NCBI GenBank assembly: GCA_051313645.2
Contig: JBNRSN020000006.1
Span: forward strand, 156,054,001 to 156,118,000
Origin: Centroscyllium fabricii
Lineage: Eukaryota
Direction of reading: 5' to 3'
Length of the DNA stretch: 64,000 nt
Part shown: piece after piece, positions 1 to 12,013 of the stretch
Layout: the number at the start of each line of letters is the position of its first letter
How positions within the stretch are numbered: position 1 is the stretch's first letter
The notes under the pieces: generated by a model
The model's input: only the letters and a program-made list of their open reading frames with translations
What the model was told of the DNA's origin: nothing
The model's database searches: none
Position numbers and translations under genes: made by a program

Positions 1-285
1 TCCAAAACGAGGTCAGGCAGAAGAGAATCCAAATTCCAGAAAGCAGGTCAGTATCTCGAACAGGCAGAATCAGAGAGCTTGTAACTACAAACAGGTATCA
101 CAGTCAGAAAGAACTAACGATCTGGCAACCTCTAGGTGGAAAGTAGGAGCTTATATACAGCTCTTGATTATCACTGGTGAATCTGGGCTGTTCAATCAGG
201 TGCAGGCAGTAGAGCTAACGAGGTGATAACCAGTTAAAGGGGAAGAGCCAACCTAAGAGTTAAAGGGGAAGATCCAACCTATGAC
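1..285 (-). mobile_element. Partial LTR (probably Gypsy-type), truncated by window start
   Basis: Ends in ...TGACA (TGTCA on minus strand), TATA-like cttatata at about 150, short internal direct repeats. The flank from 286 resumes a Harbinger relic homologous to 31790 onward. Confidence 0.5.
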
Positions 286-1485
286 AACGTCACTTGATGA
301 CACGTCACCAGATGTTTTCGTTAAAGGGACCATGCGCAAATTGTTTTTGACAGTTTCGCTGTCAGTGTTCTGCAGTATTGAGGTGCTGCAAACACTGACA
401 ATCACGGCATAGAGGTGCACAGCTGGACGCAGGTTCTCCCGTGCCTCCCTCTACATGCTTGGGTGGAAGATACCTCCCCAGGAGACCAACACAGCCTGGC
501 TGCACGTTGCAGAGGAGGGAACAAGCAGGGATGTCATCAGGAGGACCAGGCTGCAGTGGTGCAAATCTTTCAATGATCTCAGTAGATCATGAAACATTAC
601 TGCAAAGCCAGACTCAACCTCACTCTGCTGTGCGACCGATCACATCCTCATCACTCTTCCTTCCCTAACCTACTCCTGCACATCCTCACTCACACCAACT
701 TAATTTGCACCTCCACCCATCCCTCTCTATCTACATTATCACTTCCTCATCTCACTAGCCACCCCTCACTCTCACCCTCATCCTAGTCCAATCATACCAA
801 CTAACAGGACACAAGGGTGGGCACTTGGGTGATTTAGCCAATGTTCATGTGAAGTTTCTGTTAATGTGCTGTCAAACATTGAAATCTTTATTTTCAACAC
901 TTTGCGTTCTTGGACAGATTTGTGTGCACCTTTGGAAGTGGCTTCGTGAGTTGCAGTGAATGGTGAGACATAACGGTACCCCCGCAATGATGTTGAGTGC
1001 AAAAGGAATGGCTTGGGCATTGTAGGGATAGTTTATGGTGTTGGTGTGGGGTGTCGCATCATGTGACAGCCAGGATGCGCAGCGTCAAGTGAAATAAATC
1101 TGGCTATGGTGAGTCCATTCCTGGCCAGCCGGACAGTAATGTGGTTGGGTGATGATGCCCTCTGTCCTGTGCATCATCAGCTGATTGAGGAGAAGGTTGG
1201 TGTTGTTGTTGGTGCTGGTGGTGTTGGGTTTGATCGTGGTGGGATTCTGAGGACCAAGGTGAGATTTTCCCAAGGGCACCGATGCTGATGGAACAGATGG
1301 CAGGTGAGGTCGAGATGACAGAAGCGATCTTTCAGTGGTGAGAGAGGTTGTTTCAATGAGGTGACACTGGATAGAGAGTTAATTCCAAACACTGGCAAGC
1401 TGCATAAAGCTCAACCTATCTTCCAAATGCAGTAAGTAACAGCTTCTAACCTTGGAAAGTGAATAGCTATGAAATGGGAGCTATA
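286..1485 (+). mobile_element. Degenerate non-autonomous Harbinger-derived element (Myb/SANT exon relic); continues at 5577-5634 after a CR1 insertion
   Basis: Co-linear with 31790-33350. catttgcagctgtcaag...catgctgacacaactc at 5581 matches about 33294. Confidence 0.7.
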
Positions 1486-1496
1486 ATGGAAACATC

Positions 1497-2211
1497 GGCC
1501 GAAAAATTGGTCGGCGCACACTTTGTGGCGCTGACATGGGCGATGCGCTATTTTTAGCGCCCGGTATTGGCCGCATCGCCCATTACGGTTGGGCGGGCGA
1601 TGAATCGGGCGGGCCGCCTCGCTCTTAGTGCGAGGCGGCCGAAAACGTGGGCGCGAGCGCCGTGCTGCACATGGGAGGCTGCAGCGGCGGCCCGCGGAAT
1701 GGCAGGCCGGCCTCCCCCATCAAAGGGGAGGGGAGTAGCGCGGCTGCGGCCAGAGCCCCGCGGGGCCGCCGAGGGACCGCGAGCCGCATAACGAGCCCGG
1801 CACTCGGGGGAAGTGCCGGGCTCAGCTGAGGGAGGCCTGACCCCACCGGGGAGCAGCGGGGGAGGTCGGAGGAGGCCAAGGGGGAAGGTGCTGGTAGTCG
1901 GCCAGCAATAAAAATGGCCGACCGCCGCACTTCGCTTTAAGCAGCGCTCAAGCGCTGCTGCTACGGCCGAGGAAAGCTGGCGTGGGCAGCACCCAGGGGC
2001 AAATCGGCAGGCGTTGCCCAATTTCAGCCGCACAGCACCTCCAAGGTGCTGCGCGGCCTAATGATGTCATTCCCGACGTCCAGCTGGTCGTTAAATTCAT
2101 TAGGGCGCTACCAATTAGCTCCCAACTCAGCGCCCAGCTGAATTTAGCACGGGGTGCTATTTTAGCGCATTGGCGCTAATGGTATGGCGCGAGAGTGCTA
2201 ATTCTTTGGCC
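1497..2211. mobile_element. GC-rich Harbinger-type MITE (family shared with 40132-40879 and 60391-61141, opposite orientation)
   Basis: Termini GGCCGAAAAATT / AATTCTTTGGCC; inserted in the CR1 tail (gaaacatagaa) with an imperfect ATC/ATA duplication. Confidence 0.75.
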
Positions 2212-2305
2212 ATAGAATATCGGAGCAGGAGTAGGCCATTCAGCCCCTCGAGCCTGTGTCGCTATTCAATGCAATCATGGTTGATCATTCAAATTCAGTA
2301 CCCTG

Positions 2306-2522
2306 TGTGGTAATATTGAACAGACTTCCGGGGGAAGGCTAAGGGGTGAACTCTGTACATGTCACTTCCTGTTTTCTGTTAGTATAAATACTGGAACTGC
2401 TCAGTATGGGGTGAAAGCTTCACCTGGAAGCATGGTAAAACCCATCTTTGTACATAGTGATAATGTAGTGGATTAAAGCTTTACTTTAAGTTATTGATGT
2501 ATCAGACTCCATTATTACATCA
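2306..2522 (+). mobile_element. Short solo LTR (217 bp) nested in the CR1 3' UTR
   Basis: TGTGGTAATA...TATTACATCA termini, exact 5-bp TSD CCCTG (2301-2305 / 2523-2527), TATAAATA at about 2383, ATTAAA at about 2472. Confidence 0.8.
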
Positions 2523-3961
2523 CCCTGTCCCTGCTTTCTCCCCATATCCCTTGATCCCCTTGGCCTTAAGAAATATATCTAACTCCTTCTTGAATATATT
2601 TAATGAATTGGCCTCAACTGTCTTCTGTGGTAGAGAATTCCACAGGTTCACCACTCTCCGGGTGAAGAAATTCCTCCCCATCTCTGTCCTAAATGGCTTA
2701 CCCCTTATCCTTAGACTGTGACCCCTGGTTCTGGACTCCCCACCATCGGGAACAGCCTTCCTGCATCTGGTCTGTCTAGTCCTGTTAGAATTTTATAAGT
2801 TTCAATGAGATCCCCTCTCATTTTTCTAAACTCTAGCAAATATAAGCCTAATCGACCCAATCTCTCTTCACACATCATTCCTGCCATCCCAGGTATCAGT
2901 CTGGTGAATCTTCGCTGCACTCCCCCCATGGCAAGAACATCCTTCCTCAGATAAGGTGACCAAAACTGCACACAATATTCAAGGTGTGGTCTCACCAAGG
3001 CCCTGTACAACTGCAGCAAGACATCCTTGCTCCTGTACTCGAATCCTCTCGCTATGAAGGCCAGCATACCAGTTGCCTTCTTAACTGCCTGCTGCACCTG
3101 CATGCTTACCTTCAGCGACTGGTGCACAAGGACACCCAGGTCTCATTGAACTTCCCCTTTTCCCAATCTATTGCCATTCAGATAATAATCTGCCTTCCTG
3201 TTTTTGATACCAAAGTGGATAACCTCATATTTATCCACATTATACTGCATCTGCCATGCATCTGCCCAATCGCCCAACCTGTCCAAATCGACTGGAGTTT
3301 CTAGGCATCCTCTTCACAGCACACATGCCCACCCAGCTTTGTGTTGTCTGCAAACTTGGAGATATTACATCTAGTTCCTTCATCTGGATCATTTATATAT
3401 ATTGTGAATAACTAGGGTCCTAGCACCGATCCCTGCGGTACCCCACTCATCACTGCCTTCCACTCGGAAAAAGACCCGTTTATTCCAACTCTTTGCTTCA
3501 TGTCTGCCAACCAGTTTTCTATCCAAGTCAGTACCTTGCCCCCAATCCCATGTGCTTTAACTTGCCCGCTAGTCTCTTATGCGGGACCTTATCAAAAGCC
3601 TTCTGAAAGTCCAAATATACCACATCCACTGGCTCTCCCTTATCTATTCTGCCAGTTACATCCTCAAAAATTTCCAGTAGATTAGTCAAGCATGATTTAC
3701 CTTTTGTAAATCCATGTTGACTTTGTCCGATCCTGTCACTGTTTTCCAAGTGGTCTGCTATTACATCTTTTATAATGGACTCTAGCATTTTCCCCACTAC
3801 CGATATCCCCATTTTCTCTTTACCACCTTTTTTAAATAGTGGGGTAACATTAGCTACCCTCCAATCCATGGGAACTGTTCCAGAGTCTATAAAGTTTTGG
3901 AAGATGATTAGCAATGCATCTACTATTTCTAGGGCCACTTCCTTAAGTACCCTAGGATGTA

Positions 3962-4357
3962 GGGCGGCACGGTGGCACAGTGGTTAGCACTGTTGCCTCA
4001 CAGCACTGGAGACCTGGGTTCAAATCCAGCCTCGGGTACTATCTGTGTGGAGTTTGCACATTCTCCCCGTGTCTGCGTGGGTTCCTCCGGGTGCTCCGGT
4101 TTACTCCCACAGTCCAAAGAGGTGCGGGTTAGGTTGATTGGCCATGATAAATTGACCCTTAGTGTTAGGGGGATTGAATATGTGGGGTTACGGGGATAGG
4201 GTGGGATATGTGTTGATGCAGGCTCGATAGGGATCGAGGGATATGGGGAGAGGGCAGGGGCGGGATACTGGGTTTGGATGATCAGCCATGATCTCATTGG
4301 GTGGCAGAGCAGGCTCGAAGGGCCAAATGGCCTACTCCTGCTCCTAGTTTCTATGTT
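3962..4357 (+). mobile_element. tRNA-derived V-SINE (HE1-like) with long CR1-derived tail
   Basis: Box A GTGGCACAGTGGTTAG, box B GGTTCAAATCC, V-domain (ctccccgtgtctgcgtggg...tcctccgggtgctccggttt); tail matches the CR1 3' end at 42630-42760. Confidence 0.88.
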
Positions 4358-5634
4358 TAGATTATCAGGCCCTGGGGATTTATTGGCCTTCAATCCCGTC
4401 AATTTCCCTAGCACCATTTTCCTACAAATACTGATTTCATTCAGTTCCTCCCTCTCATTAGACCCTATGTGTCTTCCTTTGTGTAGTCAGAATCAAAGTA
4501 TCTGTTTAATTGGTCTGCCATGTCTTAGTTCCCTATTATAAATTCCCCTGATTCTGACTGCAAGGGACCTACGCTTGACTTCACCAATCTTTTTTGTTTC
4601 ACATATCTATAGAAGCTTTTACAGTCAGTTTTTATGTTCCCTGAAAGCTTACTCGCATACTCTATTTTCCCCCTCTTAATTAATCCCTTTGTCCTCATTT
4701 GCTGAATCCTAAACTGCTCCCAATCCTCAGGTTTGCTGTTTTTTCTGGCCAATTTATATGTCCTCTACTTGGATCTTATGTTATCCCTAATTTCCCTTGT
4801 TAGCCACGGTGAGTCACATTTTTTGTTTTATTTTTATGCCAAACAGGGATGAACAAATTCTGTAGTTCATCCATGTGATCTTTAAAAGTTTACCATTACC
4901 TATTCACCGTCAACCATTTAAGTAACATTCCCCAATCTATCCTAGCTAACTCGCGCTTCATACCATCGTAGTTTCCTTTATTTAAATTCAGTACCCAAGT
5001 CTCTGAATCAACTACTTCACTCACCATCTTAATGACAAATTCTATCATATTATGATCGCTCCTCCCCAAGGGGCCTCGCACAACAAGATTGCTAATTAAT
5101 CCTTTTTTCATTACATAACACCCAGTCTAAGATGGCCTGAACTCTAGTTGATTCCTCGACATAGTGGTCCAGGAAACCATCCACTCTAGGAATTCCTCAT
5201 CCACAGTATTGTTACTAATTTGGTTAGCCCAATCTATATGTAGATTAAAGTCACCCATGATAACTGATGTGCCCTTATTGCACGCGTCTCTAATTTCCCG
5301 TTTAATGTCATCTCCAACCTTAGCATTACTGTTTGGGGGTCTGTATACAACTCCCACTAACGTTTTCTGCCTCTTGGTATTTCTCAGCTCTACCCATACT
5401 GATTCCACATCATCAGAGTTAATATCCTTCCTTACAATTATGTTAATCTCCTCTTTAACCAGCAATTCTACCCCACCGCCTTTTTGTTTTTGCCTGTCCT
5501 TCCTGAATATTGAATACCCCTGGATGTTGAGTTCCCAGCCTTGGTCACCCTGGCGCCATGTCTCCGTAATCCCAATAGACCATTTGCAGCTGTCAAGTAA
5601 AGAAATCATCCCATGCTGACACAACTCCCAACCT

Positions 5635-5977
5635 GCACGGTGGCATAGTGGTTAGCACTGTTGCCTTACAGCACTAGAGACCCAGGTTCAAATCTGGCCT
5701 CGGGTACTATCTGTGTGGCGTTTACACATTCTGCCCGTGTCTGCGTGGGTTTCCTCCGGGTGCTCCGGTTTCCTCCCACAGTCCAAAAATGTGCGGGTTA
5801 GGTTGATTGGCCATGATAAATTGACCCTTAGTGTTGGGGGATTGAATATGTGGGGTTACAGGGATAGGGTGGGATATGTGTCGGTGCAGGCTCGATAGGG
5901 AGCGAGGGATATGGGGACAAAGCAGGGACAGGGTGCTGGCTTTGGATGATCAGCAATGATCTCATTGAATGGCTCAA
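5635..5977 (+). mobile_element. V-SINE (HE1-like), 3' truncated
   Basis: Same head, V-domain and tail as 3962-4357. Confidence 0.85.
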
Positions 5978-5984
5978 ACGGCAT

Positions 5985-6602
5985 TGCAGGATGTTTTCAG
6001 ACAGCTGCGGGAACTGTGTGTTTACAATTCCCATGGAAACACTCCACTGCGACATCACAGTAGAGTGGAACCAATGGGAAAGGCCAAGTGCTGTTGAGTG
6101 ACAGGTGGGCAGGCAGGCTCCGAATCTTTGACAGCTAGGTGCCGGCTGTCAGTAAATCTGGGAAGGTATGATTGCTAAGTTTTTGGCCACAGCTGGTCTT
6201 CACCCAATGGAGTGACTTACTCCTCCAGGGTGTTGAAGGCCTGGGAAGCATTTTGCTCTAGGTCCTTCAACACCTTGAAGGAGAAAGTTAGGAAGACCAC
6301 TGTGCTCCCGCTGGGTTTTCACCAGCAGGGTTTTACGATGGCGGGGTTAAGATGGAAAGGGGGTGAAAATTGCTAAGGGCCCTTAAAATGGCATTACACA
6401 TGCCAATTAAGGGCACTTAATGAGCTGACCAATCATCCCCACCGGCCGCCGGCGGGAAAGATTCAGGACGGCGAGACAGGGTGGCAGAAAATGCGAAAGC
6501 GGCGGAGATCCGGTGGTGGGGGGGTCGCGACACACCGGTTCCGCTATTTTGCCGTCTGACCCGCCGAAAACCCCGCCTCATGGGGACATGAAAATTTTGG
6601 CC
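5985..6602. mobile_element. Partial Harbinger-type MITE (family of 8807-9642, opposite orientation)
   Basis: Terminus ...ggggacatgaaaattttggcc resembles the Harbinger end at about 20400; the interior is the reverse complement of about 9330-9480. Confidence 0.7.
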
Positions 6603-6859
6603 ATTGTTGCTGTTCAGCTTATTTCTGAATCATTCATGCTATATTAACTCATTTTCAGAAGTCTCTTCCGTTTATATCAGCAAAAAACCCAACAGAAACT
6701 AGGTTAAGATATCAGAGATAAATGGGAAATTGTTGAGAGATTAGCTGCCTCACTACTGAGACTGCCAGTACACGTAGCAAATTCCCATTTATTTTTCTAT
6801 TTTATGAGTTCTTTGTTGATTAAAGTAAATTGAACTAAAAGCCCTCTGAAAATATAATG

Positions 6860-7521
6860 GGGTAAAAATTGGGTAGCGCCCCAAAAACATTAGCTCCCCC
6901 GCAGCCGATTTTCCTAGGTAGTGCCCCGAGATGGCGGAGAGGCACTACTGGAAACGCCCTGTGTCCCTTTTGGGGTGCTGTGAGCCAATATCACGACACT
7001 ACGTGCCGCAGTCTCCAGGCCTTCCTTCCCTTATTAAAGAGGTGGGGCCTGGCGCAGCAAGTCCCAGCGCCCAGCTGGGCCACCAGGGATCGGGAGTGCC
7101 AGCAAATGAGCCCAGAATTCAAGAGGAGTGCCGGACTCACGGAGAGAAGCCGACACTCCGTGGGGGAGGGGGCTTCACGGGGGCTGGGGACCGCAACAGG
7201 AGCAGGTGTTGGCAGGCAGCAAGCAACAAAAATGGCTGCCTGCCACCTCCCCTTTAACTAGCGCTGCACCGGCCGCAGTTAGGTCCCCCCTGACACTGGC
7301 GGACATAGCGTCCGGCGGTAAGTCGGGGGTTGCCACCCAATATTACAGCCGGGGCACAAGCAGGGTGTGAGCGGGACGATGACATCATCGCTGGCGGTGC
7401 ATCGCTGCCGCTAATCTCCTGCTGAATTTCACGGGAGGCATTGCGGCACCACGCCCAGGCGCTAGTTGATTTGCACCCTGTTAGCATCCTCTTAGGCGCA
7501 AATCAACCGAATTTAGCCCCC
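6860..7521. mobile_element. Harbinger-type MITE (family of 12014-13314 and 28595-29242)
   Basis: GGGTAAAAATT...AATTTAGCCCCC termini, ATG on both sides. Confidence 0.72.
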
Positions 7522-8806
7522 ATGACTACAATACAAATAATTCAGTAATATATCTTCTTTCCCCAGCATGCAGACTTGAACAACTGGACAGCTGCAGCCT
7601 CTCCCTTCCTACTTAGTACATAGTGCTATTTTCACTGCTGTTACAGAATCTAACCTCTCTGTTGAGTGTGTTGGGAAGGAAATAACTGTGTATAAGCTGA
7701 TCAGAGGTTGTCAGCAAGCACAGCTGAATTGTTTGGGCTGCTGTTGGGAAATCCACTGGGGTGGCCACAAAAACACAAGCATGGATCCTTACTGAGAAAA
7801 CACTCTTTATATTCTGAAGGAGCACAACGGGAGCAGCAGATGTTAGGCTAGCTATTTGGCCAATATTGGATTTTCAGAGATGTTCATGGCAATCAGGAAA
7901 TACAAGGAATAAGACCAATAAAGTCCAGTAAATCTTTTTTTATAAGTTATATAAGATCTCAGCAGCAACAAAAAAAATTGCCTATGCTATCTGAACAAAA
8001 ATCAGAATTTCAGCAAATTCCCAAAGGGTTATACTAGACCTGTTAATTTGTCTTTTGTATTTACAGAGGCTGACTGACATACAATATATTCTCAGCATTT
8101 TCTGTTTATGCTTCAACAAATTTATGTGTTAAAGGTACATTAAGGCTTCAAATGGGCCATTTCCAGGCAGCATCAGTTCCTGCGACCACATTATATCTGT
8201 TGCAGTAAACCATTTACAATGTGGTTTGGCATCTTTATCTTAGTTTATGTTAAAACAGAACAAAAATAATATATTATTTCCAGATGTTACTGGCAATGAA
8301 TGATGTTATTGTGAGCAATTCCATTGTCTCATTCTCCTTTCTTAAATTACCAGACAAATTGACTTTCAAGATACTGCACTAGAGAATGGCTCTTTCATTA
8401 TTTACTCACGTAAAACTGTGACCATAATTTTTTAATGAATTTTCTACAACAGGGAATAAAATCCTAACAGCAGTAGTGATAATACTATTTAAATCAAAGA
8501 TCCAAATTCCACAGTAAAACGTTGATCTAGCCATTCTTCTGTAATCTTTGACCCATACAACAAACTATGGCTCTATTGGCAGAGGAAGTAAGCATTGTGT
8601 ATTCTGCAAAGTTATACACTGCTTCTAAAACAAAAATGATGGTGTGACTTTACTGTGTTGAATTATGTGAAATGTTCAGCTGTGGCTGCCTGTCCTTTTA
8701 AATTGCACAGATAAGTTCCCTGCTGTTTCACCAAGAGTGAGGAGTCTGTTGCTACATACACTTTGTGGTAAAGGGTAAAGTGAGGGACCTGCAAATCGCA
8801 CATATT

Positions 8807-9642
8807 GGGGGGTATTTTCACGTCCCCGTGAGGCGGGGTTTTGGGCGGCCCGGCTGGCAAAATAGCGGAACTGGCAGGTCCCGCCCCTCCCCGCCGTATC
8901 CCCGCCGCTTTCTCATTTTCCCGCCCCCAGATTCCCCGCCCCGAAACCTTCCCGCCGCCGACCGGCGGGGATGGGTTGTCACCTCGTTAAGGGCCCTTAA
9001 TTGGCATCTTTAATGCCGTTTTAAGGGCCCTCAGACATTTTGCCCTGTTTTCCGCCCTAACCCCGCCACCTTAAACCCCGCTGGGTGAGACCCAGCGGGA
9101 GCACAGCACTGGTTATAACTTCTGGACTATAACCTGGTGTTGTGTGAGTTCCTGAATGTATTACTTTCTCCTTTAAGGTGTGAAGGACATGCTGCCAAAT
9201 GCTTGTCATGCCTCCAGCACCTTAGAGGAGACAGTAACTCCGTTCTGCCTTCTGTATCAGCTGAGACCAGAAACTGAGCAATCTCAGTTCTCACAATGGC
9301 CTCACAGCCGCTGTGAGCTGTGAGCGATTCAGCGCCCACCCGCCCACCTGTCAGTCACCAGCACTTGGCCTTTCCCATTGGCTCCACTCCACTGTGATGT
9401 CACAGTGGAGTGTTGCCATGGGAACTGACAACAACCAGTGCTGGAACTGTCAATCAAAGTGCTCACAGCTCCGCTGCAGCCCGACTCGATTCACCTAATT
9501 ACCTCCCACTCCTGCCGACGGAGATTTAACAGCTTCATTAGCCTAAAATTGCGTGGGCTTCCCAGCTGGTTGGGCGGGCAGGACCGGAAGCTGCCCAGAC
9601 CAACCCCCACCAGGTTCCCGCCCTTCCGGAAAAATTACCCCC
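8807..9642. mobile_element. Harbinger-type MITE
   Basis: GGGGGGTATTTTC...GAAAAATTACCCCC termini with exact TSD ATT; the left about 280 bp is homologous to the reverse complement of the Harbinger end at 20140-20419. Confidence 0.85.
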
Positions 9643-10057
9643 ATTTTTTCACCACCCTTTCAGGTGAGCTGAATTCAAGCAGCTCTATGAGTGATTTTTA
9701 ACTTTTCTGTTTGGGGGAACCATATTAAATACTCCTATAGACTCTCTTGTATGGACAAAATAATGCTGAGGAATGAACTAGCATATGCTGTCCAGACCAG
9801 TTCCATGCTGTGGTTAACCTAAGTGCTGCCTCCATAAATGTTTTTATGTGCATATGCCTTCAGCTGGAAGGATCCTTGCCTGAACGTGTAACAAGAAGTT
9901 TTTCCACAGCCCATGATGGTCTGTATTATAAATAATGTCTGTTCTTTCTTCACTGTGTAGGTTAACGATTGGAATTGTCAGGTTGGAGGCCCAGAAATCA
10001 CAATTATCAGTAATGTTGGTTTTGAAAACTTTCACGGTATGTTAAGAATAAAGACCA

Positions 10058-10792
10058 TGGGCATACCTCTGAAGTATGCCTCCGACCCGATAAAAAAATC
10101 TGCACCTACCTTCAGGCTAAAGGGTTTCGGGGACTTCAGGTCCTGGGCCTGCAGGTGGATGCTTGCGTAAAGGCCCACAGATCCCAGGGATGCAGGTGGT
10201 TTGGAAGCATCCTTGGGATCACATGGGCTAGGTCCTCCAATCAGAAAGGAGGATTCCTCAAATGCTTATGGGGATTCCACTGACGAATGGAATCCTCATC
10301 AGCTTATGAGGAATCCTCAAATAATTAAATAATTTATATAACTGGAGTAAAAGTAAATGTTCCCATTTTCCAATTTAAATTAAAATCCCTTCAATGAAGC
10401 ATTTACAATAAAAAGAATGTTTTGAAAAATAATTTACATTTTTTAAATCGGGCCAAAATTTACATTAATTTTAAATGTTTTGCATTATTTTTAATTTTTT
10501 AACTTAAGATTTATATTAACCTTTACGCTGGTGAAAGCAGGCCCTATGCTTGCTTTTACCAGGTGTAAGGGTTTTGTGGGCATTTGCTGGGCAGTAGTTG
10601 GGCAAATAGCTCAACTCTGCACCAGCGAAGGTGATTTTTGAGGCAGTGCGGCAGATCGGTGGTCAAGGCGAACCATGACAGATCGCAGGTTCCAGGTTTT
10701 CCCGCAAGTACAGCTCATGCGGAAACCCCAAACTTGCGGGGCCTTTTACAAGGCTTACGATGTACGCTGTCATCGTACCGCAAATTCCGGGC
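10058..10792. mobile_element. Degenerate MITE-like DNA transposon remnant with AT-rich core
   Basis: Right terminus CCGCAAATTCCGGGCC resembles the other MITE ends; left terminus not identified. Confidence 0.45.
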
Positions 10793-12013
10793 CAATGGAT
10801 TAACAATACACTCCCAGTAATATCAATAATAAGACAGTAAATTGGCTCAGACTGGGAATGCACATTGATGACTGATAGATCAGGTGCAAAAACATGCCAC
10901 AGAAAAGTAAGCCATTGAGGTTGTGAGCCAGCCCGTATGTTAAGGCATAACACATCTGCACCCCTGTTGTCTCATTGGCTAATATTCAGAATGATTAAAA
11001 AGGAGAGTTAGGATGCTAGGGTTAAGTTTGTAGTGACTCTACCCAACTTTTAACATTCTATTTTCAAAATATTTGTTGGTAACCTTGGTGCCAATGATCT
11101 CACAGAATCCCTGAAAATCCCTCAAGAGACCCCAGATCCCAGTTTGAAAACCACTGTTCTCTGAAACCCAAGGAGCTTTGCGAATAGGAAATGTGCTTCA
11201 GTGACACAACAACCTCAACGGAATATTTTCAGGCTGCATAAGTTCCTGCAAGAGATGTTATATCTGCTGCATTATAACATTTGTTTTGGAATGTCCTTGC
11301 TTTCCAAGACTACCACAGCTCTTTCTGGATTTCACTATTTAACTCTTGGGCTATGCAGACTCTTGTGGCCTCCTATGGGAACAATTTCTGGACTGATGAC
11401 AGGCTGCACATTACCAGACCCAATCTGCCCACATCAGAGCTCTTGTGAAAATAGCTATATTTTTGAGACCATTCTTCACGTCTGTCCAAATAGCCCAATG
11501 TTATATTAATGGAGGTTGGGTTTACCCATTCTTCTCAGCTAGAGTGAAACCAGATTGTAATCACTCTACGTTATAGAGCAGTTTCACCTTGTGGAGTCGG
11601 ATAGTTAAACTCTGCCTCTTCATAGATTTACATTGAACTAACTGATTGTTAACATATATTAGGCTATGTACTATGTTGACCATAGCATAATAAGCCTGAT
11701 CTGCTTAATAAACCCAGTGAGCAGAGTTTGTGTGAATCAGTGATGTATAAAAATGCCATATAGATACTCAAATAAATAGATAAATCCACAGATACCAAAA
11801 CATAAAAGAGGTATAGATGGACACAACAAAAAAATGTGATATAAGAAAGAACAAAGGTTAGGTAGGGATACAATACCACAATTTATATCAACAAGGTCCA
11901 GACCAGCTCAGAATTGCACACACCCTTGTAATACATCCCCGAGTAGCCAACATTCAGCAAGCAACACTTCCAAGCTGATCACCAGACTCTATATCATGTA
12001 CATTAAGAGGTAA

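Larger units (their letters stand above)
2212..5576 (-). mobile_element. CR1-clade LINE, degenerate ORF2 (APE endonuclease + RT) with 3' tail
   Basis: ORF fragments GITETW...VVYRPP...MGDFN (endonuclease), [13 protein letters not shown] and LVRPHLEYCVQFWSP (RT and C-terminal region); CR1 3' UTR and tail at 2212-2300. Confidence 0.92.

Noticed and set aside
1554-2033. GC-rich ORFs in MITEs (also 6869, 28756, 40277, 60458) and antisense ORFs over LINEs
   Set aside because: Low-complexity Ala/Arg/Pro/Gly frames, not conserved between paralogous copies; expected by chance at this GC content.
3962-4035. tRNA genes (also 5635, 22750, 52150)
   Set aside because: The A/B boxes belong to SINE heads followed by V or Deu domains and LINE tails; no full cloverleaf seen.
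7520-12000. Next SULF1 coding exon (expected TPMCCPSRSS catalytic motif)
   Set aside because: No such motif found by eye or in the ORF track; the exon probably lies to the left of the window.
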